Below, one piece after another: positions 22,565 through 33,748 of a DNA stretch of 45,105 bases. A model generated the notes under the pieces. It was not told where the DNA came from. It saw nothing but the letters and a program-made list of their open reading frames with translations, and did no database searches. Origin of the DNA: Octopus bimaculoides (taxonomy: Eukaryota); NCBI RefSeq assembly GCF_001194135.2, contig NC_068981.1:184323255-184368359 (forward strand), given 5' to 3'. The stretch's first letter is position 1; each line of letters opens with the position of its first letter. The translations under genes and the position numbers were made by a program.

Positions 22565-23227
22565 GAGGACAACTGAAAGTTCCTATGGGACCACCTACAA
22601 AGNNNNNNNNNNNNNNNNNNNNNNNNNNNNNNNNNNNNNNNNNNNNNNNNNNNNNNNNNNNNNNNNNNNNNNNNNNNNNNNNNNNNNNNNNNNNNNNNNN
22701 NNNNNNNNNNNNNNNNNNNNNNNNNNNNNNNNNNNNNNNNNNNNNNNNNNNNNNNNNNNNNNNNNNNNNNNNNNNNNNNNNNNNNNNNNNNNNNNNNNNN
22801 NNNNNNNNNNNNNNNNNNNNNNNNNNNNNNNNNNNNNNNNNNNNNNNNNNNNNNNNNNNNNNNNNNNNNNNNNNNNNNNNNNNNNNNNNNNNNNNNNNNN
22901 NNNNNNNNNNNNNNNNNNNNNNNNNNNNNNNNNNNNNNNNNNNNNNNNNNNNNNNNNNNNNNNNNNNNNNNNNNNNNNNNNNNNNNNNNNNNNNNNNNNN
23001 NNNNNNNNNNNNNNNNNNNNNNNNNNNNNNNNNNNNNNNNNNNNNNNNNNNNNNNNNNNNNNNNNNNNNNNNNNNNNNNNNNNNNNNNNNNNNNNNNNNN
23101 NNNNNNNNNNNNNNNNNNNNNNNNNNNNNNNNNNNNNNNNNNNNNNNNNNNNNNNNNNNNNNNNNNNNNNNNNNNNNNNNNNNNNNNNNNNNNNNNNNNN
23201 NNNNNNNNNNNNNNNNNNNNNNNNNNN

Positions 23228-23760
23228 AGAGAGAAGTGTGTATGGAAGAATAATGATATACTTGCATTTCGTAATTCTGAAAAGAAAGAAACCTGGAAGT
23301 GTTTCAATGAAAGACTTTTCACCCCCGTTACCAACCTGGCTGAAACCAGCTCTGGCTCTGTAGTACAAATGTCTTGTTTTCATAAGTTTTGAATTAAAAT
23401 CTTCCAGCAAACCTTAGTCACAATGCATGTTCCTAACACTAGCTTAATGATGACTAAGTTATTTTACTAAATACTTTGTTATATTTAAAGTAATTGAAAG
23501 AAACACAGAGCATCTCAAAATAGATACAATAATGAAAGAGTTAATGTGGAGAATTTATGGGAGAAAAAGGGCCTTCCCGGTGTGGATTCAACAGAGGGAC
23601 CATAAATCCTAGCTGACAGCAGTATGTTAGTTAAAGCAATTAAAGATATGAAAACAGAGAAAGCCTCTGGTCCATCAAAAATTACCTCTGAGATGCTTAA
23701 AATATTTGGGTGAATAGGATACAGTGCAGTTATCTGCAGAGTCAATCAGGTTGTGAACCA
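23228..23760 (+). pseudogene. RTE-clade LINE ORF fragment (region before the RT domain), split by a MITE
   Basis: REKCVWKNNDILAFRNSEKKETWKCFNERL, then after the insertion VENLWEK...LVKAIKDMKTEKASGPSKITSEMLK, matching the RTE motif AIKxMKxGKAPGPxxITxEMLK. Confidence 0.75.
23322..23540. mobile_element. piggyBac-like MITE inserted at a TTAA in the RTE ORF
   Basis: TTCA|CCCCCGTTACC ... AATAATGAAAGAG|TTAA; same family as 31674-31898 in the opposite orientation. Confidence 0.65.
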
Positions 23761-23891
23761 CTTGTATAAAAAAATCAAACAACACTAGTTATACAGTGCC
23801 CTAATCAAGTACCTACTCCAAGTGACAATGGTGCAGAATAAATAACACTTGATATATAGAGGAGTCATTTGGAATGAAAAATATAGTAAGT

Positions 23892-24162
23892 GACTGGCTC
23901 CTGTGCAGGTGGCACGTAAAATACACAATTTTGAGCGTGGCCATTGCCAGTACTGCCTGACTGGCCTTCGTGCCGGTGGCACGTAAATGCACCCACTACA
24001 CTCTCGGAGTGGTTGGCGTTAGGAAGGGCATCCAGCTGTAGAAACTCTGTCAAATCAGATTGGAGCCTGGTGTAGCCATCTGGTTCACCAGTCCTCAGTC
24101 AAATCGTCCAACCCATGCCAGCATGGAAAGCGGACGTTAAACGATGATGATGATGGTGATGA
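23892..24162 (+). mobile_element. Family D RTE-tailed retroposon, low divergence
   Basis: Nearly identical to 42805-43061. Confidence 0.9.
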
Positions 24163-24263
24163 CATCAAGCTTCAAATGGATCTCTAACTAGTTGCATTGA
24201 CTAAACATTTTGTGTTTGTATTTGGTAAAGATATTTTATAAAAAATTTTTTTTTGTGTAGTTA

Positions 24264-24632
24264 GAACTGGGATTCTTCTGAAGGATCTCTGGGGTGGCAT
24301 TATTCAACAGAGTGCATAGCTCACAGAACAGGGAGTGTCTTCAGGTTGAGATTCTACTGCACTACATTGAAAGATCACAGATTTGATACTACAGACATGT
24401 GATTAGAATGTTGTAGGATTAAAGCATAAAATGGATTCTTCAAGCTGAGCCAACTGGCAGGAGACCCTGGAGTTGACCAAAAGTAAAATGGTTGCATAAT
24501 ATCAGTTGGTCATATCTGGGAATCCAGCCAGAAAGTCTAATGACGGTTGCATCTAATAGAATCCTCTGTAGGAAGTGGCTAAGAACTTTACACCCACAAT
24601 ATTCCCAGGGATTATGAGTGGAGATTATGGAT
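24264..24632 (+). pseudogene. RTE-clade LINE ORF C-terminus and short 3' tail
   Basis: One frame with stops: FF*RISGVALFNRVHSSQNRECLQVEILLHYIERSQI*YYRHVIRM...AEPTGRRPWS*PKVKWLHNISWSYLGIQPESLMTVASNRILCRKWL, matching RTE QLRxxGHVxRM and GRRPRGRPxxRW motifs. Confidence 0.8.
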
Positions 24633-24912
24633 GATGGATAGTTAGATTAGGAAAGACTCCACAAATTATCTTTTTGTAGGGCTTCAGAGACTTTTGGGGA
24701 AGGGAGAAAGTTATCCTCACAGCAAAAACCTACCACAAATACTCTTTGAGGAATCTTTTAGTCAGGAGGAAAGGTGGTACGCATGATACTTCACATGGCC
24801 TCCAAGAGGCATGGGAGGGAGGAAGATATCCTCAAACCAGAGACATGGCATGGCTTATTGCAACAGGAATTACAGATATTTACATATTTTAATTTACTTT
24901 GCATAGTAGTTT

Positions 24913-25105
24913 GGCAAGCTGGCAGAATCATTCCCAGAGTGGATAAAATGTTTAGTGGTATTTCTTCTCATTTTACATTCTGAGTTCAAATGCTTTCATC
25001 CTTTCGGGGGTCGATGAAATAAGTACCACTTGAGCACTAGGGCTGACGTAATTGATTTATCCCTTCCCCCAAAATTGCTGGCCTTGTGCCGAAATTTGAA
25101 ACCAA
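24913..25105 (+). mobile_element. SINE family C
   Basis: CTGAGTTCAAATGCTTTCATCCTTTCGGGGGTCGATGAAATAAGTACC. Confidence 0.85.
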
Positions 25106-25177
25106 TATACTTTGCATTGTATAATTTGAGAACTTTAGAGTGATATATTGTAAAGCTATGCATAAAAACACAAGCAC

Positions 25178-25318
25178 ATAGATACCTACAGATAGATAGA
25201 CAAAGAGATAGATAGAGAGATAAATAGATAGATAGATAAACAGATATACAGAGAAATATACAGAGAGATAGATAGATATACAGAGAGATTGATAGACAGA
25301 CAGATAGAAAGAAAGAAT
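25178..25318. repeat. Degenerate (GATA)n/(AGAC)n tract
   Basis: Directly visible. Confidence 0.85.
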
Positions 25319-25426
25319 GCGAAAAGGATAATTTTCACAGGAAATTTCTACTGAAACTCGCTGTCAGCTGACTGTGTGGAGGAGTAGGGAGAAGAAGCTT
25401 GTAGAACTGTGTATATATATGTGTGC

Positions 25427-25470
<44 letters not shown>

Positions 25471-25838
25471 TGTAAATAATATAAACAGTGTAAGTTTGTG
25501 TAATACTACCAAAAGGTTTAATATACTATTATAATGAAATTATCGAAAGAAATTAATTTTATTATCAAACATTGGTATCATGTGACATCCGTACATATAT
25601 ACATATTTATATATGTATAAACATATGCTTCCACACACACACACATACAAACAGAAGCATACAACTATATACATATACTTGACATATATACGTGTATGTC
25701 AAAATCTGTTCACATAAACATACATACATGCATGAACACATGACCTCATGATCCTGTAATAGTACAGCCAGCCATCATTCATGAGAGAGAATGGCTTGGC
25801 AATATTTACTCTGCTTTTGCTAATATTTTATAGGTGAA

Positions 25839-26142
25839 GGCACATGGCTCAGTGGTTAGAGCGTTGGGTTTATAATCTTGAGGTTGTGAGTTTGATTCCT
25901 GGACCTGGGCTGTATATTGTGTTTTTGAGCAAGACACTTTATTTTACATTGCCCCAGTTCACGCAGCTGTAGAAAACAGTTGCCAAGCTGTATCGGACTT
26001 TGCCTTTCTCTTGATGCATGGAGAAGGGAGTCTGATATGCATGGGTGACTGCTGATCTTCAACAAACAACCTTGCATGGACTTGTGCCTCAGAGAGGAAC
26101 TTTCTAGGTGCAACTTCATGACTGAAGGGGGTCTTTACCCTT
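25839..26142 (+). mobile_element. SINE family B variant with a different 3' tail
   Basis: GGCACATGGCTCAGTGGTTAGAGCG head; TTTTGAGCAAGACACTT...CCCCAGTTCACGCAGCTGTAG core. Confidence 0.78.
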
Positions 26143-26692
26143 CCTATGTTGTTGGGAGCTGGAATAGACATTCTCTTGGCTACCTTAGCCATCACTGTGG
26201 AGCATCCATGATGTGACATTTGGAGACAGAGTGGTGGTGGGGTTGCACCAGCAACTAGACTGCTTTCAATTACAGCTGAGCAAATTAAAACAGCGCGAAA
26301 TGATGTACTTTGCCTAAGGACACAATGCACTTGGCCATGTGGAACCTGTCTATAGACCCCACTCCACACACACGCATGCATGTTCCACTGAGTCATGGGT
26401 GGGGGTCTCTGAAAGGGTTTCTGTGTCTGCTTACAACTGCATTTAGTAAAACATTTAGCAAAAGCTTGGAATAAGCTATGAGGTCATACTCAATCATGAG
26501 TGGCAGCTAATGAGCAATATAATTTATGTGTGTATGTATACAGATTTATACATACATATTTATAATCATATATATATATAATTATATGTATGTGTATACA
26601 CATTTTAATTCTGATACTGCCACTCCCTCTCTCTGTTTGTGGCTTAATTACTATTATAGAAAATACATGAGCATACATTGAAATTTATTAAT

Positions 26693-27111
26693 GATCATCA
26701 TCACCAATTAACATTAATTTTCCATGTTGGCATGGGTTGGATGGTTTGGCTGGAACTTATAAGATCAGGGACCACACCAGACTCCATTGTCTTTTCTAAC
26801 ATGTTTTCCCTGGCTGGATGCCCTTCCTAATGCCAACCACATTACACTGTATACTTGGTGCTTTTTACATGGCACTAGCACAAGTCCTTTTTAGGGGGCA
26901 CCAGCACTTTTTATGTGGTACTAGCACCAGTGCTTTTTATGTGGCACCATCAGTAGTTCTTTTTATGTGGCATAATCACCAGTGCTTTTTATGTGGCATA
27001 ATCACCAGTGCTTTTTATGTGGCACTGTTACCAGTGCTTTTTATGTGGCACTGTTACCAGTGCTTTTTATGTGGCACCATCACCAGTGCTTTTTATGTGG
27101 TACCATCACCA
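26693..27111 (-). mobile_element. Family D-like RTE-tailed element carrying an expanded 26-bp minisatellite
   Basis: CATCATCACC...TTTTCCATGTTGGCATGGGTTGG...GGATGCCCTTCCTAATGCCAACCAC followed by the array. Confidence 0.75.
26858..27111. repeat. About 10 units of the 26-bp minisatellite GTGCTTTTTATGTGGCA-N6-CCA
   Basis: Clean units begin at 26930, 26956, 26982, 27008, 27034, 27060 and 27086. Confidence 0.92.
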
Positions 27112-27132
27112 ATAATAATATGTATACATATG

Positions 27133-27350
27133 GTGGTGAGCTGGTACAACCATTAGCCCACCAGACTAAATGCTTAGCAGTATTTCATCTATCTTTAGGT
27201 GTCTGAGTTCAAATTCTGCCGAGGTTGACTTTGCCTTTCATCCTTTTGGGGGTCAATAAAATAAGTACCAGTTAAGCACTGGGGCCAATGTAACCAACTT
27301 ACCACTCCCCCCCCCCTCAAATTTCAGATCTTGTGCCTATCGTAGAAATC
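27133..27350 (+). mobile_element. SINE family C
   Basis: GGTGAGCTGG...CTGAGTTCAAATTCTGCCGAGGTTGACTTTGCCTTTCATCCTTTTGGGGGTCAATAAAATAAGTACCAG. Confidence 0.85.
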
Positions 27351-27508
27351 ATTAATGATTGTGTGTATGTGTGTGTGTATTCTTCAGCTGTACCTGTTTG
27401 GCAAGTTATTTGATGTGAGGTTTGTGCATTGTGACTCTAACGATAATTATATTCACATAGACTGAATGTAGTTGTTAGACCGTTACATTCACAATTACTA
27501 TATTATTA

Positions 27509-27646
27509 CAATTAAACCTTGGGAGAGGCATTATGCCGGTAATAAACACACGCACTGGTTCAGTCCTTTATTAATTTATATAGTTTTTTGTTAAAACCAG
27601 TGCGTGTGTTTATTACCGGCATAATGCCTCTCCCAAGGTTTAATTG
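27509..27646. mobile_element. 138-bp perfect fold-back MITE (pogo/Tc1-like, TA flanks)
   Basis: 52-bp arms at 27509-27560 and 27595-27646 are exact reverse complements; 34-bp spacer; TA at 27507-27508 and 27647-27648. Confidence 0.85.
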
Positions 27647-28017
27647 TATTTCTTTCAACACACATATCCACATCAAGAATCTTGCACACGAAATACACAT
27701 ACGAAATACTATATTATTGTTTTACATTAATGAATATAGGTTATTTTCTTATCAAAGCCTTTCATCATTCTTTGGTGACCTTGTCTCTGTTACCCCACTT
27801 TAGTCTCTCTACATGTCACAATAGTACCTCCTTATTTCTGAATGTCAGATGTTGCTCACAAGCAAATATGATTCCTAGTTTGTACGAAGCTTTTACACCA
27901 ATTGTTTTAGCTGTCTCTGTGCTCATATGGTTGTGATGAGATAAGATGCCCTCTTGGCCCTGCCACTTTTGACACGGAGGAACATGCATACATGTCTGTG
28001 TGCATATGCGTGTGTTT

Positions 28018-28925
28018 GTATAGCCGAGTGGTCAGGGTGTTGCATTTGCAATTTCAAGATTGTGGTTTCAATTCCTGGGTGGTACACTGTGTTCTTGAGC
28101 AAATCACTTCATCTTGCATTACTCTACGATCACTTCGACACTTAATGCAAGGTGCACAGTTCACCTGTTCGGGCAATGTCAATTTGATGGAGGGAGTGAG
28201 CTAATGTGCAGCACAAACATTTGATCATCATCATCATTTAACGTCCGCTTTCCATGCTAGCATGGGTTGGACGATTTGACTGAGGACTGGTGAAACCAGA
28301 TGGCTACGCCAGGCTCCAATCTGATTTGGCAGAGTTTCTACAGTTGGATGCCCTTCCTAACGCCAACCACTCCGAGAGTGTAGTGGGTGCTTTTAAGTGC
28401 CACCGGCACGAAGGCCAGTCAGGCAGTACTGGTAACGGCCACGGCCACGCTCAAAACGGTGTATTTTATGTGCCACCTGCACAGGAGCCAGTCCAGCCTC
28501 ACTGGCAACAATCTCACTCGAATGTCTTTTCACGTGCCACCAGCACAAGTGCCAGGAAGGCAACGCTGGGCACGGGTGCGGAAGGCGACGCTGGGCACAG
28601 GTGTTGTGCAGATCGTTCAGCAATGGCTGAACACTCAATAAGTCGTCTTCGACAGGAGAGCCCAGGCTTAGGGGTCAGGGTGTTGCACTCACAATTCCAA
28701 GATTGTGATTTCAGTTCCTGGACTCGGTGGTGCGTTGTGGTCTTGATTAAATCACTTCATCTCACATTGCTCTGTAATCACTTTCATACCTGATATGTAG
28801 TGCACCGTGCAGCTGTTCAGGCAACATCGATTCGATGAAGGAAATGCACTAATGTACAGCATGAACATTTGATCATTACAACTAAATCATTTATGCAGGT
28901 TGTTTAGCAAGAAATTGCAGAACCA
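28018..28925 (+). mobile_element. Two tandem family B-variant SINEs; the first is interrupted by a family D element
   Basis: Copy 1 runs 28018-28223 and resumes at about 28606 (TGTGCAGATCGTTCAGCAA); copy 2 runs about 28665-28925. Confidence 0.7.
28224..28600 (-). mobile_element. Family D RTE-tailed retroposon nested in a SINE
   Basis: (CAT)n tail joined at GATCAT of the host; low divergence from 23892-24162. Confidence 0.88.
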
Positions 28926-29589
28926 TCTTTCACAGACTGAGAAACTACCATCATCACCATACAGACTCCATATGGTCTAGTGGTTAGAGTTCTTGAAGTG
29001 GATAGTGTATTGCGTTCTTAACCCATAAAGTGCTGGGATTTGCACTTACATAGCATGGACTGCTGAGCACATTTTATGAAAATGAGACTACTATGCACAC
29101 ACAAAAAACAAAAGATAGTTAAAATGTCTTCTTAGTATATAATAGTGGCAAGTTTTACATCATCTGAAAAGTCATTAGTTGAACTATTAGTCCTCTTGCA
29201 TTCTGGGGGGTATTGGAGCATTTGAGTGACATTAAGCCCCCAACAAATGCCCACAAATTAAATGCATTTATCTAGGCTATGATCATGGCCTGTCAAACTG
29301 TGCCTGATGGCCATGATCGTGGCCTGTCGTGCTTATGTGTTAAGCCCAGTGCTTCATTTTATGAATACCCCAGTTTACTCAGCTGTAAATGAGTACCATC
29401 TTGGTTGCTGGTGCAGCTCCCTCCTTCTCTTTGTCTCTCTCTCTCTCTCTCTCTCATACACATCTTGAATGCTCCACAGAATCAAAAGTAAAGCTGCTGG
29501 GAGAGTATCTATGTCTGCTTGGGACTGCATACTTNNNNNNNNNNNNNNNNNNNNNNNNNNNNNNNNNNNNNNNNNNNNNNNNNNNNNNN

Positions 29590-29624
<35 letters not shown>

Positions 29625-29626
<2 letters not shown>

Positions 29627-29785
29627 ATGGGCTTCTTTTAGTTTCTGTCTACCAAATCCACTCATAAGGCTTTGGTCAGCCCGAGACTATAGTAGACGCT
29701 TGCCCGAGGTGTCATGCAGTGAGACTGAACCCAGAACCATGTGGTCGGTATGCAGGCTACTTAACACACAGCCACTCCTGCACCT
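29625..29785 (-). mobile_element. SINE family A head beside (TA)n and a gap
   Basis: Family motifs. Confidence 0.8.
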
Positions 29786-30054
29786 AATATTATTCTTATA
29801 CAAGACTGTTGTTGACAATGATTTTGAAGTTTCGGCCACCTAAGCCATCATTAGACAATGGCTGAAACTTCGAAGTTACTGTCAACAACATTCTTTGTTT
29901 AAGAATAATAAATTTGTGCTCTACAAAAGTATAGAGTAATCCATCAGATTAATGTAAAATTGTTTTTATTATAAATAACTGAACATAGAGACAAACATTA
30001 ATAAATAAATATACAAACATAAACAATAAACATATACATAAATTGATAAACAAA

Positions 30055-30364
30055 CATAAATATATATATATATATATATACACACACTCACATGTATATA
30101 TGTATAGATATGTGTGTGTGTGTCTATATATATATATATATACACACACACATAAATACACATGTATACATATATATACACACGTGTGTTTGTGTGTGTG
30201 TATATATATGTGTCTTTGTGTGTATGTAGGTATGTGTGTGTATGTGTATATGTGTGTATATATATGTGTGTGTATATATATGTGTGTGTGTATATATATG
30301 TGTGTATATATATGTGTGTATATATGTGTATATATATATATGTGTGTGTGTATGTATACATATA

Positions 30365-30409
<45 letters not shown>

Positions 30410-30428
30410 ATATATATATATATATATA
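30055..30428. repeat. Long compound (TA)/(CA)/(TG) alternating purine-pyrimidine microsatellite
   Basis: Directly visible; source of the spurious ORFs 29949-30560. Confidence 0.95.
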
Positions 30429-30814
30429 GTTCAAAAAAACAATAACAAAAAAACAAAAAAACAACAAAGTGAGGACGTGATATGGATAGATATATATATA
30501 TATAGTACCAAATGTCATGCTGCCAGTGTCAGTACAATGAGATACAAAGGCGACCTTTGAACTATCAGACTATCAAAGCTGATTGTCACCTGCTGATAAG
30601 TGTAGCATTTGGTAGTGTTCTTGTGAATTCACAGGCCACCTTCTAACTAGTTTACATTGTGAAAGTATAATCTGTTTTCAAAGGCCTTCAAGAAGTTGTT
30701 CTCTACATTTAGACTGGTAAGAAATTCCATTAAATTTCCTTTAAAGCAAATGTGTGTGTGTATGTGTGTGTGTGTCTCTCTCTCTTTCATTTAATATGTT
30801 GTATTTTCTTTTAC

Positions 30815-31325
30815 TTGTTTCACTCATATGATTGTGACCATGCTGGGGCACTACTTTGAAATGTTTAGTGAACAAATTGATTCTGGTACTTATTCTATCA
30901 GTCTCTTTTGCCAAACTGCTAAGTTACAAGGGTGTAAACAAGGGTGTAAACATGCTGGGGCACTGCCTTTGAAGAATTTCAGTCAAATGAATTGACCCCA
31001 ATACTTAATTTTTTTAAAAACCTGGTACTTATTTTATTGATCTCTTTTGTGAAACTGCTAAGTTACAGGGACATAAACACATCACCGGTTGTCAAGTGAT
31101 GATGGGGGACAGACACAGACACACACACATAATTATATATAAATATATATATACACATACATACATACATATGATGGGCGTCTTTCAGTTTCCGTCTATC
31201 AGATCCACTCACAAAGCTTTAGTCCATGGCTATAGTAGAAGACATTTTCCCAAGATGTCACACAGTGAGACTGAACTTGGAACCATGTGGTTGAGAAGCA
31301 AACTTCATATCCTACAGCCATGCCT
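30815..31325 (-). mobile_element. SINE family A with an internally duplicated tail segment
   Basis: Tail motif CATGCTGGGGCA...GGTACTTATT...AAACTGCTAAGTTACA occurs twice (about 30840-30945 and 30953-31075), joined at a doubled CAAGGGTGTAAA. Confidence 0.7.
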
Positions 31326-31373
31326 AAACAAGCTTCAATGTCATACAAACAGTTTCCTTCATTTTCCAATCTT

Positions 31374-31401
31374 CCCTAACCCTAACCCTAACCCTAACCC
31401 T
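31374..31401. repeat. Short interstitial telomeric repeat (CCCTAA)4 CCCT inside a family E tail
   Basis: Directly visible. Confidence 0.9.
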
Positions 31402-31673
31402 CCACAATTAGAAAATCTGCCTCAAGAGATTTCCTCTCACCCATGCAGACATGGAAAAGCGGACATTAAAATGATGATGCTGAATCAGGAAGATTAGTAA
31501 GGGGACATTTTTTCATTTCATTCCAGTGTCAAATTGTAAGTACATAACAACCTGGGGTGTGTGTATAAGAACCTGTGGTTAGTGTATATATTTGCTGAGT
31601 AAAATAAGCAATCTCTAATGTATATAATTCTACAATTCATTAATGTATTTATACACAACTGATTTTTTATTAA

Positions 31674-31898
31674 CCTTTGGTTATTATATTTCTGTTGAAA
31701 TACATTGACATTGCCTTTGTTTCAATTAATTTTTTAAATAATGAAATATTTAGCAAAATAACTTTCTCATTATTAAATTTGTGTCTGGAACAAATTAACT
31801 TGAAATTTTGATGGAAGATTATAATTTAGATCACCTGTAAACAGTAAGTGTTTGTCATAGAACCAGAGGCAGTTTCAGGTGGGTTAGTATCAAAAGGG
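31674..31898. mobile_element. piggyBac-like MITE, degenerate
   Basis: TTAA|CCTTTGGTTA ... TAGTATCAAAAGGG|TTAT; reverse-complement similarity to 23322-23540. Confidence 0.6.
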
Positions 31899-32553
31899 TT
31901 ATGGTTTTGCTCTTTTATATTCATTTTTTGGTGGGTAGTTCAACTTTGAGTGCAAACAAACTTTTTACCCATGGGCAAGCAGTTCCTCACCTTTAAGCTC
32001 AAGCTAACCCTTATTTTGGGCTTTTTATTATTGTTTTAAATTTTGACAGTTTGGCATGTCTGAGTTGGTGTTGTTTTTTTTTTTGTTAACTTCCTTATAA
32101 ACGAAAACTTTACATGTCTTTCTCTGAACTTTATGCAGACAATTCTATTTGTATATTCACAACAGCTACTCCAAATACTTATTCCTTCTCAGTAGTCTTA
32201 TTACCCACCCTACTGCAAAGATGTGTGTACAAGCATTGCTTTATTTACTGGGTCTACTTTACAACGTCTATCTGCCAAGTCACTTCAGTTCTGTCCTACA
32301 TTTTAAACCATTAAATGAAGTTGTAAAATATTTACTCTTGTCAATTAAAAACACATTGTTCGCTATTAGCAATTTTTTGTATCTATTCCTTCTAAGATTT
32401 TACTTTATGTTTTATACTTTATATCATTTTTATTTATTCAATTACCCCCCCCCCCACACACACACTTCCACTGTTTTAACAATTTATGTGGTAGTTTGCA
32501 GTTTTAGACTTATCTGTTTGTCAAGGAAGTGTTTTGTATATAGCTAACATATA

Positions 32554-32849
32554 CAAGGGGGCGCTGAAAAGTTGGTGTCTGGTAATAAAGTCAGAATTTT
32601 GGCTAGAAAAGTCACAATTAACTTATGGGATCTGCACAAAACTCCTCTAGGACAAAACACCCACTGGACAAAACCCCTGTGCCTTTATTACCATGACTTT
32701 TTTACCCTTTACTTTTTCACCTGGATTCTCACACTTACTGTAGCAGTGTTTCAGTTTTTCTAAGCCCTGTAAAAGAACTCAGAATGTTGGGCCTCCAATC
32801 AAGCCTTTCGCAATACCCTTTAAGTCAGGAATCTTTCGGTGCCCCCTCA
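32554..32849. mobile_element. Non-autonomous mariner-like element
   Basis: TA|CAAGGGGGCGCTGAAAAGTT ... AATCTTTCGGTGCCCCCTCA|TA; imperfect TIR. Confidence 0.5.
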
Positions 32850-33709
32850 TATATAGGCACAAGCATGATTGTATGCATAAGAAAGTCACTTTGCATCCAT
32901 AAAGGCTTCAAGTTCAGTCCCACTGTTCAGCACTTTGGATAAGTGTCTTCTATAGCCTTGGGCCAACTAATGCCTTGTGAGTGAATTTGGTAGATTGGAA
33001 ACTGTAGATGTCCATCACATGCCTGTGTGTGTGTGTGTGTGTGGTCTCTTCCAGACTCTAGGATACCACTCAACAACTGCATGATTCCATCTGTTGTCTG
33101 TGAGCTTTGCAACGTGTCAGGCTCAGTGGAACCTGCATTTTTGTTATTCTGTGATCACATTGTTCACTCCACTTCCTTTTTGAATTACCTCATCTCAGAT
33201 ATACTCCTGCTATGATCTTCCTAGCATAGATCTTTCCATGACCCTCTATGTTGAAGCCAGTTCCTGTTCTTTTTCTTTACATTCCACATCTTCCTTGCAT
33301 ATAAGGGCGCAAGTAAAGTGATGCTGTTGTGTTTATGAAAGAAATTAATAAAGAATGGTTGATGTACTGACTGACAGTAGCCTCATTGGGGAGTGGTATG
33401 TTATTTTATGGCTGCTGTTTAGTCTCGGGTCAATCCTGACAGAACAAGCCAATGATCAAATGTGTTCTAGCTGTACTCTCTTTTTTTTATGAAGATGGTA
33501 TAGCGTGATTGGAAGGAAACTTGGCTATTATTTCCAGCTGGGCAAACAACAACATTCAGGCTCCTTCATTGCTCTAAACAGATTAGGTACCAGGTGTTGG
33601 TACAAATGTATTGGTTCTCTGATATCCAGGGATTCATACTCAACATGTGCTCTCTGGTTTATTTCTGGTGAAAGATTGAATCAGAGAGAAGGGGAGTGGA
33701 ATTTATAGC

Positions 33710-33748
<39 letters not shown>

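Noticed and set aside
26858-27111. CRISPR-like appearance of the 26-bp array
   Set aside because: Variable part only 6 bp, eukaryotic context, no cas genes; it is a minisatellite.
29281-29328. 10-bp hairpin GATCATGGCC...GGCCATGATC with overlapping direct repeat
   Set aside because: Too short to assign; may be a local duplication or a TIR remnant.
29949-30560. ORFs of 100-189 aa rich in Y/I/H/T or V/C/Y (also 1226, 1710-2318, 4272-4622)
   Set aside because: Translations of dinucleotide microsatellites.
33060-33320. Possible very old RTE C-terminal remnant on the minus strand
   Set aside because: Only faint motif resemblance; I could not establish a consistent frame.
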